Assembly (NCBI RefSeq): GCF_964213995.1
Contig: NC_135804.1
Coordinates: 59,210,001 to 59,274,000 of the forward strand
Source of the DNA: Mustelus asterias
Lineage: Eukaryota
Length of the DNA: 64,000 bases
Direction of reading: 5' to 3'
Of the stretch, positions 35,595 to 48,375 are shown piece after piece. The notes beneath the pieces are model-generated. The model saw only the letters and a program-made list of their open reading frames with translations, ran no database searches and was not told where the DNA came from. The position numbers and the translations under genes were made by a program. Every line of letters starts with the position of its first letter. Position 1 is the first letter of the stretch.

Positions 35595-37042
35595 TTTGAA
35601 TCACCATCGTGTTTTGTAACTTCTGCACGTATTGAATTGCTGAGAAAAGCATGCGTTATGGATGACACGTAACAGAAAATATTTGAGTGTTAATTACAGA
35701 ACTTACTTAAACTCGCAACGTCAGTTTTGTTTCTTGAAAACTAACAGGGGTCTAACCAAGGTGGATAGTAAAGTAAAATCGTGGATAATTGTTGGTTGGT
35801 TGGTCATTCTATTGTTTCGGGGAAGTTCAGAAAACAAGCAGTCATAAGTTGTACACCATGGTCAAAATCGCTCACATTGTAACGGTTGACTTTAATTAGG
35901 GCCCGTTGGGGTTCCACGAAAGCACTCCCCGTCTTGTCCTCAAATAAATGGATCATCGTGACCCTCTATTCCCCGCTTCCTCGTATGCTTGTCCAGTTTC
36001 CTCTTAAATTCGCATTTTACCATTTTTACAACTATTCCCCGTGATGGCATATTTCACACTTCTTTCACGGTTTGGATAAAGGAAAGTATTTTTAATTCCC
36101 TATTGATTTTAGCGAATCTCATCAGTTCTCGTTTATTGTTTAGCATGCAGCACTCAAAGCAACAGTGGGCGGACTTGGAAAGGTTTTCTTTCGGGTGTTG
36201 TACTGTGCGTGCAAGTGCAGCTATGGGAAATGTGGAGTTGTGGAGAGGCGAAATCGCATATGAACAGGGGGATGATGACAACTGCTTCCACAAGGCAGAT
36301 ATAGAACAACGTATTTGAGGAAGTGGCCAGCAGGTGTGCGACCTTTTGCTGTAAACCGGAGTTATGGCCTCAAGAGGGCATAGGAAGTCGCATTATACCC
36401 ACTATTGTCAAGTCCGACATTCTGACTTGCCCAGTATTCTCCTCCAGAGGTAATCAAGCGCTCCTTGCAGGTCCATTCATTCATCTCACTTACGGCACCT
36501 CAGAGTCCCTTTCGAGCAGCCAGCAAACACATTCATCCTCACTCGAATGCCTTCTGGCAGATATGCACGAGACGATATCAGGCAACTTGGCAAGAGTCAG
36601 AGGCACTTAGTTTTGGGAGGGCAGAGGGGTCGGCATCCAATTGTCGGGATTTGGTAATGAATGGTCTCATGCTTCAATGTGCAGGCAGTTTTGCACCATG
36701 AAAGGACGGAAGGCGCTTTCGTGGAGACCCAACGAGCCCTAATCAAAGTGTACCGTTATAATATGTGTGATTTTGACCATGTGTACAACTTACGACTGCT
36801 TGTGTTCTGAACTTCTCTAATATATTAGAATGATCAACCAACCAACAATTACCCACTGATTGTTCTTTGCTATCCATCTTAGTTTTCAGTTAGTTAGTTT
36901 TCAGGAAATAAAACGGACGTTGCGAGTTTAGATTAATTCTGAAATTAACATTCAAATATTTTCTCTGACGTGTCATCCGTAACACATGCTCTTCTAGCAA
37001 TTCAATACATGCAGAAGTTACAAATCACAATGGTGATTCAAA
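35595..37042. repeat. Diverged inverted repeat with ~340-bp arms (35595-35933 / 36705-37042)
   Basis: Matching blocks include tttgaatcaccat/atggtgattcaaa, aaactcgcaacgtc/gacgttgcgagttt and ccacgaaagc/gctttcgtgg. Confidence 0.85.
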
Positions 37043-37869
37043 CATACATACATACGTTAATTTCGCTCTCCACCTCTGGGCACAAGTTGTATCAAAGGCT
37101 TCCACCTTATTGCTTCCGTTCCATGCAGAGAAGATATCAAACAACTTGGCAAGAGTCAGAGAGAGGCACATAGTTTTCGGAGGGAAGAGGGGTCGGCATC
37201 CAATTGTCAGGAATTGGGCGATGCATGGTCTATTGCTTCAACGTGCAATCAGCGTTGCACCATGAAGATTAAGCTGCCAGCAACCTCTTGCCCTCAGAGC
37301 CTGATTATCATGAGACAACCTTCTAGCACATGTCGGGATAGCTAGTCCATTGTCTTTAGAAATTCTATAGGTGATCTAGGCTCTTACCACTTACATCTCG
37401 TTGGCCATGACCTCTGTTTGCATAAAAGTGCTGGTGCTGCTATACTTTACCGTCCAGCTGCAGCTGGAGCATGTTATTGTGGGAAGCCCCATGTGTGAGA
37501 CACTCTGAAGAGGGAATGCTTCGTAGCTTTATTTGTTGCTCCCATGTTGCTCTGAGGTTGGCAGCAGCAAAGTGAAATTGCGGGTGAGTAAAGGGCTTGG
37601 CAAACACGCGACTCGGTCCACCTGAAACGACAAGGGCAACAGACGCATGAAAACAACAAGTCCTACTCCGAGACAATAATCCACATACCATGCTGACTTG
37701 GAACAATATCACCGCTCCTTCACTGTCATTTCGTCAAAAATTGGAACTCTCTTCGCAACACCACTGTGAGTGCAGCTTCTTTATCAGGACTGCAGCGGTT
37801 CAAAAAGGTAGATCACCGCCACCTTTCCAAGGTCAATTAATAATGGACAACAATTGCTGGCCTTGAGAG

Positions 37870-40255
37870 CAACAGGGTTGTGTGGTGTCGTGGTCACTAT
37901 TCTCCTGAAGGCTGGGTTATTTGCTGTGGACAATGGCCTGTTTGGGATTGCGCGGTTGTTGAAAGGCAAGTAGTGGGGATGTGAGGATGGCCTTGGCGAG
38001 ATGTTCGTCTTCATTGATACCATGTTGAAAGCTCCGGAGAAAATATCATAGCTTCTCCGCTTCGGGGACGTCCTGGACGACGAAGGGCTCTCTGTGCGCC
38101 GTGTCCCGCGTTTGTCTTCTGAGGAGGTCGGTGCGGTTTTTCAGTGTGGCGCGTCGGAGCTGTTGATCGATGAGTCCGGCGCCATATCCTGTTCTTAGGA
38201 GGGCATATTTCAGCGTCTGTAGCTGTCTGTTGTAATCCTCCTCATCTGAGCAGATCCTAAGTATACGGAGGGCTTGTCCGTAGGAGATGGCTCCGTTAAC
38301 GTGTTTAGGGTGGAAGCTGGAGAAGTGGAGCATCGTGAGGTTATCCGTGGGCTTGAGATACAGTGAAGTGCTGAGGTGACTGTCCTTGATGGAGATGCAT
38401 GTGTCCAAGAATGCAACCGATTCTGAAGAGTATTCCATGGTGAGTCTGATGGTGGGATGGAGCTTGTTGATGTCAACCTATAGTTGTTTCACTGATCGTT
38501 GGCGGTGAGTCCAAAGGAAGAAAATGTCATCGATGTACCTGGGTTTAACTCAGCACCCATGGAACAGTTGAATGAGAAACACTGCTCGTCGCAATGGATG
38601 TTTTGGCGCTCTACACCAGCTTCCCCCACGATGATGGCATTACTGCAACTGCCTCAGCACTCAACGTGGACAACTGCCAATCTCCAGATGCAATTCTACA
38701 ACTCATCTGCTTCATACTGGACCACAACATCTTCATCTTTAACAACCAGTTCTTCATCCAGACGCACGGAACAGCCATGGGGACCACAATTCGCACCTCA
38801 ATATGCCAACATCTTCATGCATAGGTTCGAACAAGACCTCTTCACTGCATAGGACCTCCAACTGATGCTATACACTAGATACATCGATGACATCTTCCTC
38901 CTTTGGACTCACGTCAAACAATCACTGAGACGACTATGTGTTGACATCAACAAGTTCCATCCCACCATCAGACTCACCATGGACTACTCTCCAGAATCAG
39001 TTTCATTCTTGGACACGTGCAGATCCATCAAGGATTGGCACCTCAGCACTTCACTATACCTCAAGCCTACGGATAACCTCACGATGCTCTACTTCTCCCG
39101 TTTCCACCCTAAACAGAGTAAAGAAGCCATCCCCTACGGACAAATTCACCGTCTACACAGGATCTGCTCAGATGAGGATTGCAACAGACAACTACAGACG
39201 CTGAAAGACGCTCTTGTAAGAACTGAATATGGTGCTCAACTCATCGATTGACTGTTCCGATGCACCACAGCGATAAACCGCACCGACCTCCCCAGAAGAC
39301 AAAAGCGGGACATGGCCGACAGAATACCCTTCATCGTCCAGTACTTCCCTGGAGCTGATAAGCTATGACATCTTTTCCGGACCCTTCAACATGTCATTGA
39401 TGAAGACGAACATCTCACCAAGACCATCCCCGCGTCCCCACTATTTGCCCTCAAACAACCGCGCAACTTCAAACAACCATTGTCCACAGCAAGCTACCCA
39501 GCTACTTCAGGAGAACAGTGACCACAACACTACACAACCCTGCCACAACAACCTCTGCACACGTGCCGGACCATCGACACAGATGCCATCATCTCACATG
39601 AGAACAATATCCACCAGGTACACGGTACATACTTTTGCGACTTGGCCAATGTTGTCTACTTGACACACTGCAGGAAAGGATGTCCCGAGGCATCGTACAT
39701 TGGTGAGACAATGCAGACATTGCGACAATGGATGAATGGACACCGCTCGACAATCACCAGGCAGGAATATTCCCTTCCTATTGGGCAACACTTCAGTAGT
39801 CAAGGACATTCAGCCTCTGATCTTCGGGTAAGCATTCTCCAAAGCGGCCTTCAAGACGCATGACAATGCAGAATCGCCAAGCAGAAACTGTTTGCCAAGT
39901 TCCGCACACATGAGGACGGCCTCAACCGGGATTTTGGGTTCATGTCACACTATGTGTAACCCCATGACTTGCCTGGGCTTGCAAAATCTCGCTAACTGTA
40001 CTGGCTTGAGACAATACACACCTCTTTAGCCTGTACTTAACCCTCTCTCCACTCGCATTGTCTGCACCTATAAAGACTTGATTATCTGTTAAGACTCGCA
40101 TTCCAACCATTACCTTGTAAACTGAGTCTGTGTCTATTTATACCCTATTTGCGAACCCAATCCTTACTCATCTGATGAAGGGGCACCACTCTGAAAGCTC
40201 GTGCTACCAAATAAACCTGTTGGACTTTAATCTGGTGTTGTGAGACTTCTGACTG
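37870..40255. mobile_element. Penelope-like retroelement: + copy (about 38590-40255; RT, GIY-YIG, terminal repeat) head-to-head with an inverted partial copy (about 37870-38540)
   Basis: MDV.ALYT, GTAMG, RYIDDIF and FLD RT motifs; NVVY...YIGET...NGHR GIY-YIG region; aataaacctgttggacttt terminus. Confidence 0.9.
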
Positions 40256-43100
40256 CTCATAATACAACACGCTCATTCTGGGTATAGCTGGTAAAGCTTC
40301 TCTGAACCCTTTCAAAGCATGTACATCTGTACTCAAATAAGGAGACCAAAATTGCACACAGTATTCGAAATGCAGTCTCAACAATGCCCTATATAGCTAA
40401 CGCATAGCATCCTTACTTTTACATTCAATTCCTCTTGTAATAAAGAAAAGTACTCCATTCGCTTTCTGGATTACATCCAGAAAGACCACTCTCACTAGTA
40501 ACTTTTTCCATACTATTACTCATCTCAACTCAAAGCGATCTACACTCTGATCACCTGAACCACGGTGATCTCAAATTATTGCACCAAGTGCCATCCTTGA
40601 TAAACAGTGCTGCCCTTTCATCTTTAGCTAGATTTCATTTCTTGTTGGGTGTCTTATGCCACTCAATGTTCAAGACCACTCCCCCCTTGTCATCCTGCAG
40701 CCACACATACGCAATGGCTTTCAGTTCATATTTATTTACTTCACTGTTTGCTATAAATTTGTTTGATTTGTTACAAATGTTTTGCACATTCAGATACATA
40801 ACCTTTAGTTTTGTCTTTTTGTTCCATTTGCAACATTTGGTCTTGATTCTTGGTATTTTCTTAGGGTTCTTCTCTCTGTCCCTTCCTGCCATTGCCCGAT
40901 TCTGATTTCCAATATTGCTGTTTTCCTCGCTTACTTTGTCTCTAGCCGTTAATATAAAACACCATACTTGTCACGTGTCCGAACTATTTAGTTCAAACCC
41001 TTCTCTACTTCTCTAGTTGCGCAGTTTCCAAGAACATTGGTCTCAGCACATTTCAGTTGTATACCACCTCAATGGTGTAGCCCCCAATTTCCCCAGCACT
41101 GTTGTCAGGACCCACAAACTGAAACCCATTTCTCCCATGGTAGTCTTTGAGCCATGTATTCATCACACTTATTTTATGTACCCGATGCCAATTTGAACGC
41201 TACTCCTCACCAAGCTTCAGGTATGTGCTAAATTCCCTCTGGTGCATTCAATTTGCCTGAGATATATTAAAGAGGCCTGTATTTATAGATAACTGAGCTG
41301 GTGCTAGAGTTTCAAGTAGTTTCAAGAAGTTAGCTAATAAACAGTCAGCTCTCACAGCAGAAAGTGAGTTTACCTTGTCTAAGCAGCAAAAAAATAACTT
41401 AGCATTCCTACACATTTGCTAAAATTGCAAGGATTCTGGGAGCAAGTCGGTCGCTAATGCGTTACCCAGTACACTTACGTTTCCTGTCCCCAAAATGTGG
41501 TCCAGCTGTGCCAGGTCAGCCTCTCTAAACTCCAACGCCATCCATCATTCTTGATTAGTGGTTCATTGATTGGCTTTTGAGCAAATGGAAAAGTCACCCT
41601 ACTCCCCCACAAACAACTATCGGTTCCAGCAGCAGATATACATTGTACTGTCAGGTGTAGTTCTGCGATCCAAGCGAAGCATTTGTAAGTATGAAAGTCT
41701 GTGCATAATTGTCGCGCCGCTGCCGTCAGTTGTTTGACACAATAATATCTGTTGCACAAAGGTGCTGCACAATGCCCTGAAAGGTGTCCACTGAGTTCCT
41801 GATTATAACAACCATAAGAAATAGGAACAGGAATAGGCCATTCAGTCCATCGAACATGTGCCACCATTCAATGGGATCATGATTGACCCGACATTCCTCA
41901 CGTCCACTTTCCTGCCCTTTCCCCTGAACACTTGATTGTCTTACTGATAAAAAAAACATCTATCGGAATCTTAATTATACACAAATACTCTGTCCCCACG
42001 ACTATCTGTGGCAAGAAGTTCCAAAGAGTCACAACCCTCTGAGAGAAGGCATCCCTCTTCATCTTAGTCTTAAATCAGCTCCCCTTTATTCTGAGAATAT
42101 GCTCTCTGGCCCTAGTCTCTCACATGAGGGGAAATATCCTCTCAGCATTTACCTGTCAAGTCCCTTAAGAAGCCTACATGTTTCAATAAGATCACCTCTG
42201 ATTCGTCGACATTCCAATGAGTGGAGTCCTATTCTGCTTAAACGTTCCTCATAAAACAATCTTTCTATACCGGGGATCATCCCAGCGAACCATTGCTGAA
42301 TTGCTTCCAATGAATTAAAATATTTGCTTAAATAAGGGGGGCAAAACTTCTCGCAGTACTCCAGATGTGGTCCCATCAGTAGATTGTACAGATGCAGCAA
42401 GCCTCTCCTATTCTTATACTCCAACCCCTTTGAAATAAGGTCCAACATTCTATGAGCCTCCCGGATTAGCTAATGCACCTGTGTGCTAGCTTTCTGTGTT
42501 TTGTGCACAAGCACCCACAAGCGTTGCAGGTTTCGCCTGATTTTCTCCATTTAAATAATATTCAGTTCTTTAGTTCTCCCGTCAGATTGAACAAATTAAC
42601 TTTCTTCCATATTATATTTCATTTTCCCGCTTTTGTAGCCACTTACACATCCTATTAATATCTCTTTGTAAACTTTTAGCATCCCTCTCTTTTCCACCTA
42701 CTGTTATGTCGTCTGCAAATATGGCGATAGCAGATTCGCTTCCTTCCTTCAAGTCATCAATATATATTGTAACCAGGTGCGATCCCAGCACTGATCTCTG
42801 TTGGTTACAGGTCACCGACCTGAAAAAGAACACCTTACCTCCCACTCGCTGTTTCCTGCCCATCAACCAATTATCTATCCAAGCCAATGTACGACTTTGA
42901 ACACCATGAACTCTTGTCTTATGACTTAACCTTTTGTAAGGTACCTTGTCTAACGCTTTCCGGAAATGCAAATTCAACACATCTTCTGGTCCCCCTCTAT
43001 CCACTCTGGTTGAGACTTACTCAAAAAACTCTGATAAATTAATCAGACAAGATTTCCGTTTCATGAAGCCATGCTGACTCTGCTTGATTATGGTAGACCT
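40255..43100 (-). mobile_element. Degenerate CR1 LINE fragments
   Basis: EYCVQFWSP, FADD and DKVPYKRL remnants on the minus strand, with a 3' tail near 41812. Confidence 0.75.
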
Positions 43101-44370
43101 CTTTCCATTTAGATGAAAAGACGTGTTCCTTCCAGCGGCAATCGAGTATCATTACAGCGTTTCCAACCTGATGGTTAAAAGTTTGACTCTGCCGCACCCC
43201 GCTACCCCTGCGCCCACCCAACGATACGTGCAAATATGATCTGCGGGAAAGAGCTGGCGAACCAGCTGGACGCCGACCGGCAGTGCTTATTGTATTGGCC
43301 ACCCGCCTCAGCTCCCCGACCAGGAGTGGACTGAAAAGCAAGTTTTTGATATCTCACTTCACCCGAACTCATCAGCTAAACTGTGAACCCGTGCTTTCAT
43401 TGCAATCGCTCGCATATTTATTTCGGTAAGTGACCAATTATTTTAATGCACTTTTTCTCTAACGTTATTTCTCGTGTGTATGCACAGGTCGGAATGATCT
43501 TGGTTTCCACTAGCTCATATCTGTTCATAGTATTTTTATCAAGTTCAGAAGTCTGTGATTGTGTCACTGCCAGCAAAGAGCCGGAGTCGACTTTTGATTG
43601 CACCCTAATCCCTTTCGTTATATCCCAGAAATGATAGGTGACTGGCCAAAGCTTTGGTTATGTTTTCGCATCAGTTTGGGAAGGTGTAGGGCGTGTGAAG
43701 GCAGGTAAAGTGACACGGGAATGTTTCACAGACGTTTCGTTCTTTTTCCGGCCGCATGTTCATTTTGCCAGCGCCGGGAAAGGTGCCAGATGGACTGACT
43801 GCGCGGGGGTGCACTTGAGGCATGAAAATGGCCAATTCCGTCCGACCCCATGCGTCAACGATCTTTCCCCCCACCCGGAGGCTCCACTACCGCATTGGGA
43901 GACCACCAGTTAAAAGTTGATAACCATTTTGCGGGCTTCAAGGCGCTACCTGGCCTGGGCAACACCGCGACAGTATCTCCAATCCGACTTACCTGTCTTG
44001 GAGGACGCACGACCATCGATAAGTGGCGTTGCTGAGGCCAGTGAGCTGCTGGGGCTGCACATGCTTTGCAGCATATAGTTGGAAATGCTTCTCTTGAAGC
44101 TATGCGTCAAATTATTATGAGGGATTGCGAAAGTGAAATAAAAGTACGCCTTTTATAAAATGAACTTGATTTAGCTGTTAATAATTACAAATTATTCAAC
44201 CAAAGCGCAGGAGGACTTTTGAAATTTCGGTATCGTGAATGTTGAGAAAATTTCTGTTTCTGAAAATGATTGCCGTATATAATCACAATTGGACTCGAAC
44301 ATCAAGGTATATTGTGAAGCCAGACTAGACGCCAACAATTTTTCTATTTTAAAATGAATGTGAGGAAAGG

Positions 44371-45750
44371 ATTTGATTTGATTTATTATTGTCACATGTA
44401 TTAGCTTGCAGTGAAAAGTGTTGTTTCTTGAGCGCTATACAGTCCAAGCATACCGTTCATAGAGAAGGAAACGAGAGAGTGCAGAATGTAGTGTTACAGT
44501 CGTAGCTAGGGTGTAGAGAAAGGTCAACTTAATGTAAGGTAAATCCATTCAAAAGTCTGACAGAGGCAGGGAAGAAGCTGTTCTTGAGTCGGTTGGTAAG
44601 TAACCTCAGACTTTTGTATCTTTTATCCGACGGAAGAAGGTGGAAGAGAGAATGTCCGAGGTGCGTGGGGTCCTTAATCATGCTGGCTGCTTTGCCGAGG
44701 CAGCGGGAAGCGAAGACCGAGTCAATGGATGGCAGGCTGGTTTGCGTGATGGATTGGGCTACATTCACGACCTTCTGTCGTTCCTTGCGGTCTTGGGCAG
44801 AGCAGCAGCCTTACCAAGCTGTGATGCAACAAGAAATAATGCTTTCTGTGGTGCATCTGTAAAAGTAGGTGAGACTCGGAGCAGACATGCAAAATTTCCT
44901 TAGTCTTCAGAGAAAGTAGAGGCGTTGGTGGGCTTTCTTAACTGTAGTGTCGGCATGGGGGAATCAGGGCAGGTTGTTGGTGATTGGACACCTAAAAGCT
45001 TGAAGATCTCGACCCTTTCTACTTCGCCTCCATTGATGTAGACAGGGACATGTTCTCCTTTACGCTTCCTGAAGTCGATGACAATCTTCTTCATTTTGTT
45101 GACATTGACGGAGAGATTATTGTTGTCGCGCCAGTTCATCAGATCTTCTATCTCATTCTTGTACTCTGTCTCATCATTGTTTGAGATCCAACTCACTATG
45201 GTGTTGTCGTCAGCAAACTTGAAAACTGAGCTGGAGGGGAATTTGGCCACACACACATAGGTGTATAACGAATATAGTAGGGGACTGAGAACACAACGTT
45301 GTGGGGCACCGGTGTTGGGGATGATTGTAGAGGAGGTGTTGTTGCCTATCGCTACTGATTGTGGTCTGTGAGTTAAGAAGTTCAGGATCCAGTCACAGAG
45401 GGAGGTGCCAAAGCCCAGGCCAGGGAGTTTGGAGATGAGTTTCGTGGGAATAATGGCATTGAAGACTGAGCTGTAGTCAATAAATAGGAGTCTGACAGAG
45501 ATGTTTCTGTTCTCCAGGTGTTCCAGAATTGAGTGCAGGGCCAGGGAGATGGCGTCTGTTGTGGACCTGTTGCAGCAGTAGGCAAACTATAGTGGATCCA
45601 GGCAGTCCAGGAGGCTGGAATTGATTCATGCCATGGCTAGCCTTTCAAATCACTTATAATGATAGATGTCAGAGCCAACGGCCGATAGTCATTACAGCAC
45701 GCTGCTTGGTTTTTCTTAGGTACCGGGATGATGGTCGTCATCTTGAAGCA
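44371..45750 (-). mobile_element. Rex1/Babar-like LINE, 5'-truncated
   Basis: [28 protein letters not shown] and RLKNSFFP, with a gattt-repeat tail. Confidence 0.85.
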
Positions 45751-48375
45751 GATATTTGCACCACAGTTTAAATATAACTCCAACAAAATGCAGCTTTTAA
45801 CCTGCATCTGCTGAACACTCTTTTAACATGAAACGAAACAAGTCTTAATTTCGAACTTATCACTATTCCAATTCCAAGTTATCAGCAATCAGCCCATGGA
45901 CATGACCCCCAGTTTAATTGCAGTTAACAAACTCAGGCACATCTGATTGAAATTGTGGTAACAGTCATGAAGGACCCAAAGACTTTTAGAGAGAGCAGCT
46001 TGTAGGCTATATTTAAACAGCCCTCTCCAGCCACTGAACAAAGAAATATGTTTTTATCTGCTAACCCCAAACTAGCTCCTCCAAATTCTAGCATCCGATG
46101 ACCATATGAGCTTTACATCCAACCTTCATTTACTTTAATCAAAAGCCCTCGGGTCCTCTCTAGTTATAAACTTAAATCAATTATCTTCATACGAAGTAAA
46201 TGCTGAAGGGTTAAGTTCCTGCTTTTCAGCATCTGTTGTATTCCCTTCAGACATACCGACAGCTTTGAGAAAAACACTGAACTTTAAACACGCTACAGAA
46301 AGATAAAATATATGAATATCATGGTATCATCACAATACGGTAAGGATGAATGCTAATTCAAAAGCCGAGCACCAGTGGGGAACGTGGAGTGTGTCTGTAA
46401 ACTATCCAACTAGAGAAAGCAAGCTCTGGCATCTAACATTCATTTGCCCTCGGTTAACCTGTCTGCAACGTATTCATATGTTTCAAGAATACAAAAGTGT
46501 CAGACAATTCCCAACTGGATAAGGATTGCTGTCATTAAATTGCATGAGTTCATTCTGGTTTGTTACAAAATTAAATGTATTTAAGTAATCCAAGGCCTTC
46601 AGCATAACAATCGATAAAAGTATTTCTCCAACGTTCCCTATCGTAATTTATTCAGTTCAGGATCATTGGTGCGCCCCATCAAGTTTTAGAAGGTCACATT
46701 CATGTTCCCCAGCCCGCCTGACAAAACGCTCAATTTCTCGACGGTAGAACCATGTGACCGAGATTATTTTTTATTTGCTTAAACAAATAATGATGATAAG
46801 TTGTAATCCCCAACCACAGGTCAGTCCTCTGTGGTGAACACTGTGACCTTTCTTCTTGCCGTCATCTTTACCTTATTCTACAGGGCGGCCATTTCTTGGT
46901 TCCGTGAGGAGGTTTTGCTCAGATATGCACTTGTAAGTGAGAGACGGAGAAGAGAAACAACAATGTGCTCATTAGTTGAAAATGTAGCTGTCTGCTTTGT
47001 ATGCTTCGGCAATCACGTTGAACAGATTGAGAATCTCGTCATTTATCTTACGCTTCGACAAAGTTTTAAAAGCCGTTGCATTGTGAAGCAAATATAAAAC
47101 TTCCAGGCACGTCGTCTTGTTATTTTGACCGTTCAGAAAAAAAAGCACTCAAATATCAGACAACTCTCAGAAGCACAATAAAGTAAAGGTACACACAGGG
47201 ACTTGAAGCGACAGTTGTACAGAATATATAAATATATATTTTCAATAACCTATTTGCCACCAGAAGCAGTAGTCAGCGGCAGTTCTTATCGCACCATCAT
47301 CCGTCACCCACCCCACACCTGAAGGAATTAACGAAAGAAAGGAAAGAGAGAAACGGACAAGGCGAATAACATGGAGCGTGGAGAATTCTGAAAGTGTGTC
47401 CTCATGCGTGAGGGTGAGAAATTAAGAGATGATATATGCAAAAAAGAAACAAGAGAAACAAAATAGAAAGGGCATCTGCGAAACAGATCGAGAGAAAGGT
47501 AACATCAAGGCAACAGTGAGATATAACAGGATCATACAATCCGATTTAACAAATACAACGCCACGGCTAAAATACAGCTTTCGTAACAATGTAATACTAC
47601 CTGGACCCTGAAATAAATAGATGCTATTGCAAAAGTAACGCTTAGACCGGCTAACTTCCACCTTCTCCAGAAAATGGCATTGAACACACGTAAAACTGTT
47701 ACACCATAACCCGTGGTAATTCCAGCATGTTTGGGGGAGGAGCGGGCAATAAGTATATATTACGTAATTATGTTTGAGTTGGCTATGGGTTTGTTGACTG
47801 AAGAGTGATCTGACACATGGTTATATTGTTTTCATTTAATGGAGTGTTCAGTGGTAGAATGGCTTCATTTGACCTTGCAACTCATATGAGAATGTTAGAA
47901 AATTAGCATCGATTTGAAGCTGGATGCGCGATTATAAAAGTGCCAACCGTTGCTACCAATAATGTTAATATGTCATTAGATGCATCAACTCGTTTAGTTA
48001 AAGTATAAATCCTCTGCCTATGGACACGATACACACTGAAAAATTTATAATGAAAGCAAGATATTGTAAATGCTGAGAGCCTAAAATTTAAATAGAAGAT
48101 ATTGGAAATACTAAGCTCTCTACTAACCCTCTGTGGGGGAAGAAACGAAGGCTACATTTTAGATTTGCTGACTTACTGACCACATCTTTGGATAATGCTT
48201 CGAAATTTTAAAGCTTTGTTTCCGATGAGAATTAAGACCGACAGTATCTCAGGTGAAATTGTCAGACAATTAAAGTACGATGGGATATAATGTGCTTGAG
48301 CGCTCAGCGTGAATAATAGCGAAACCGCAGCACCGAGAGCGAGAGTAGAACAATCCAAGCGGGAGGTTAGAAGCA

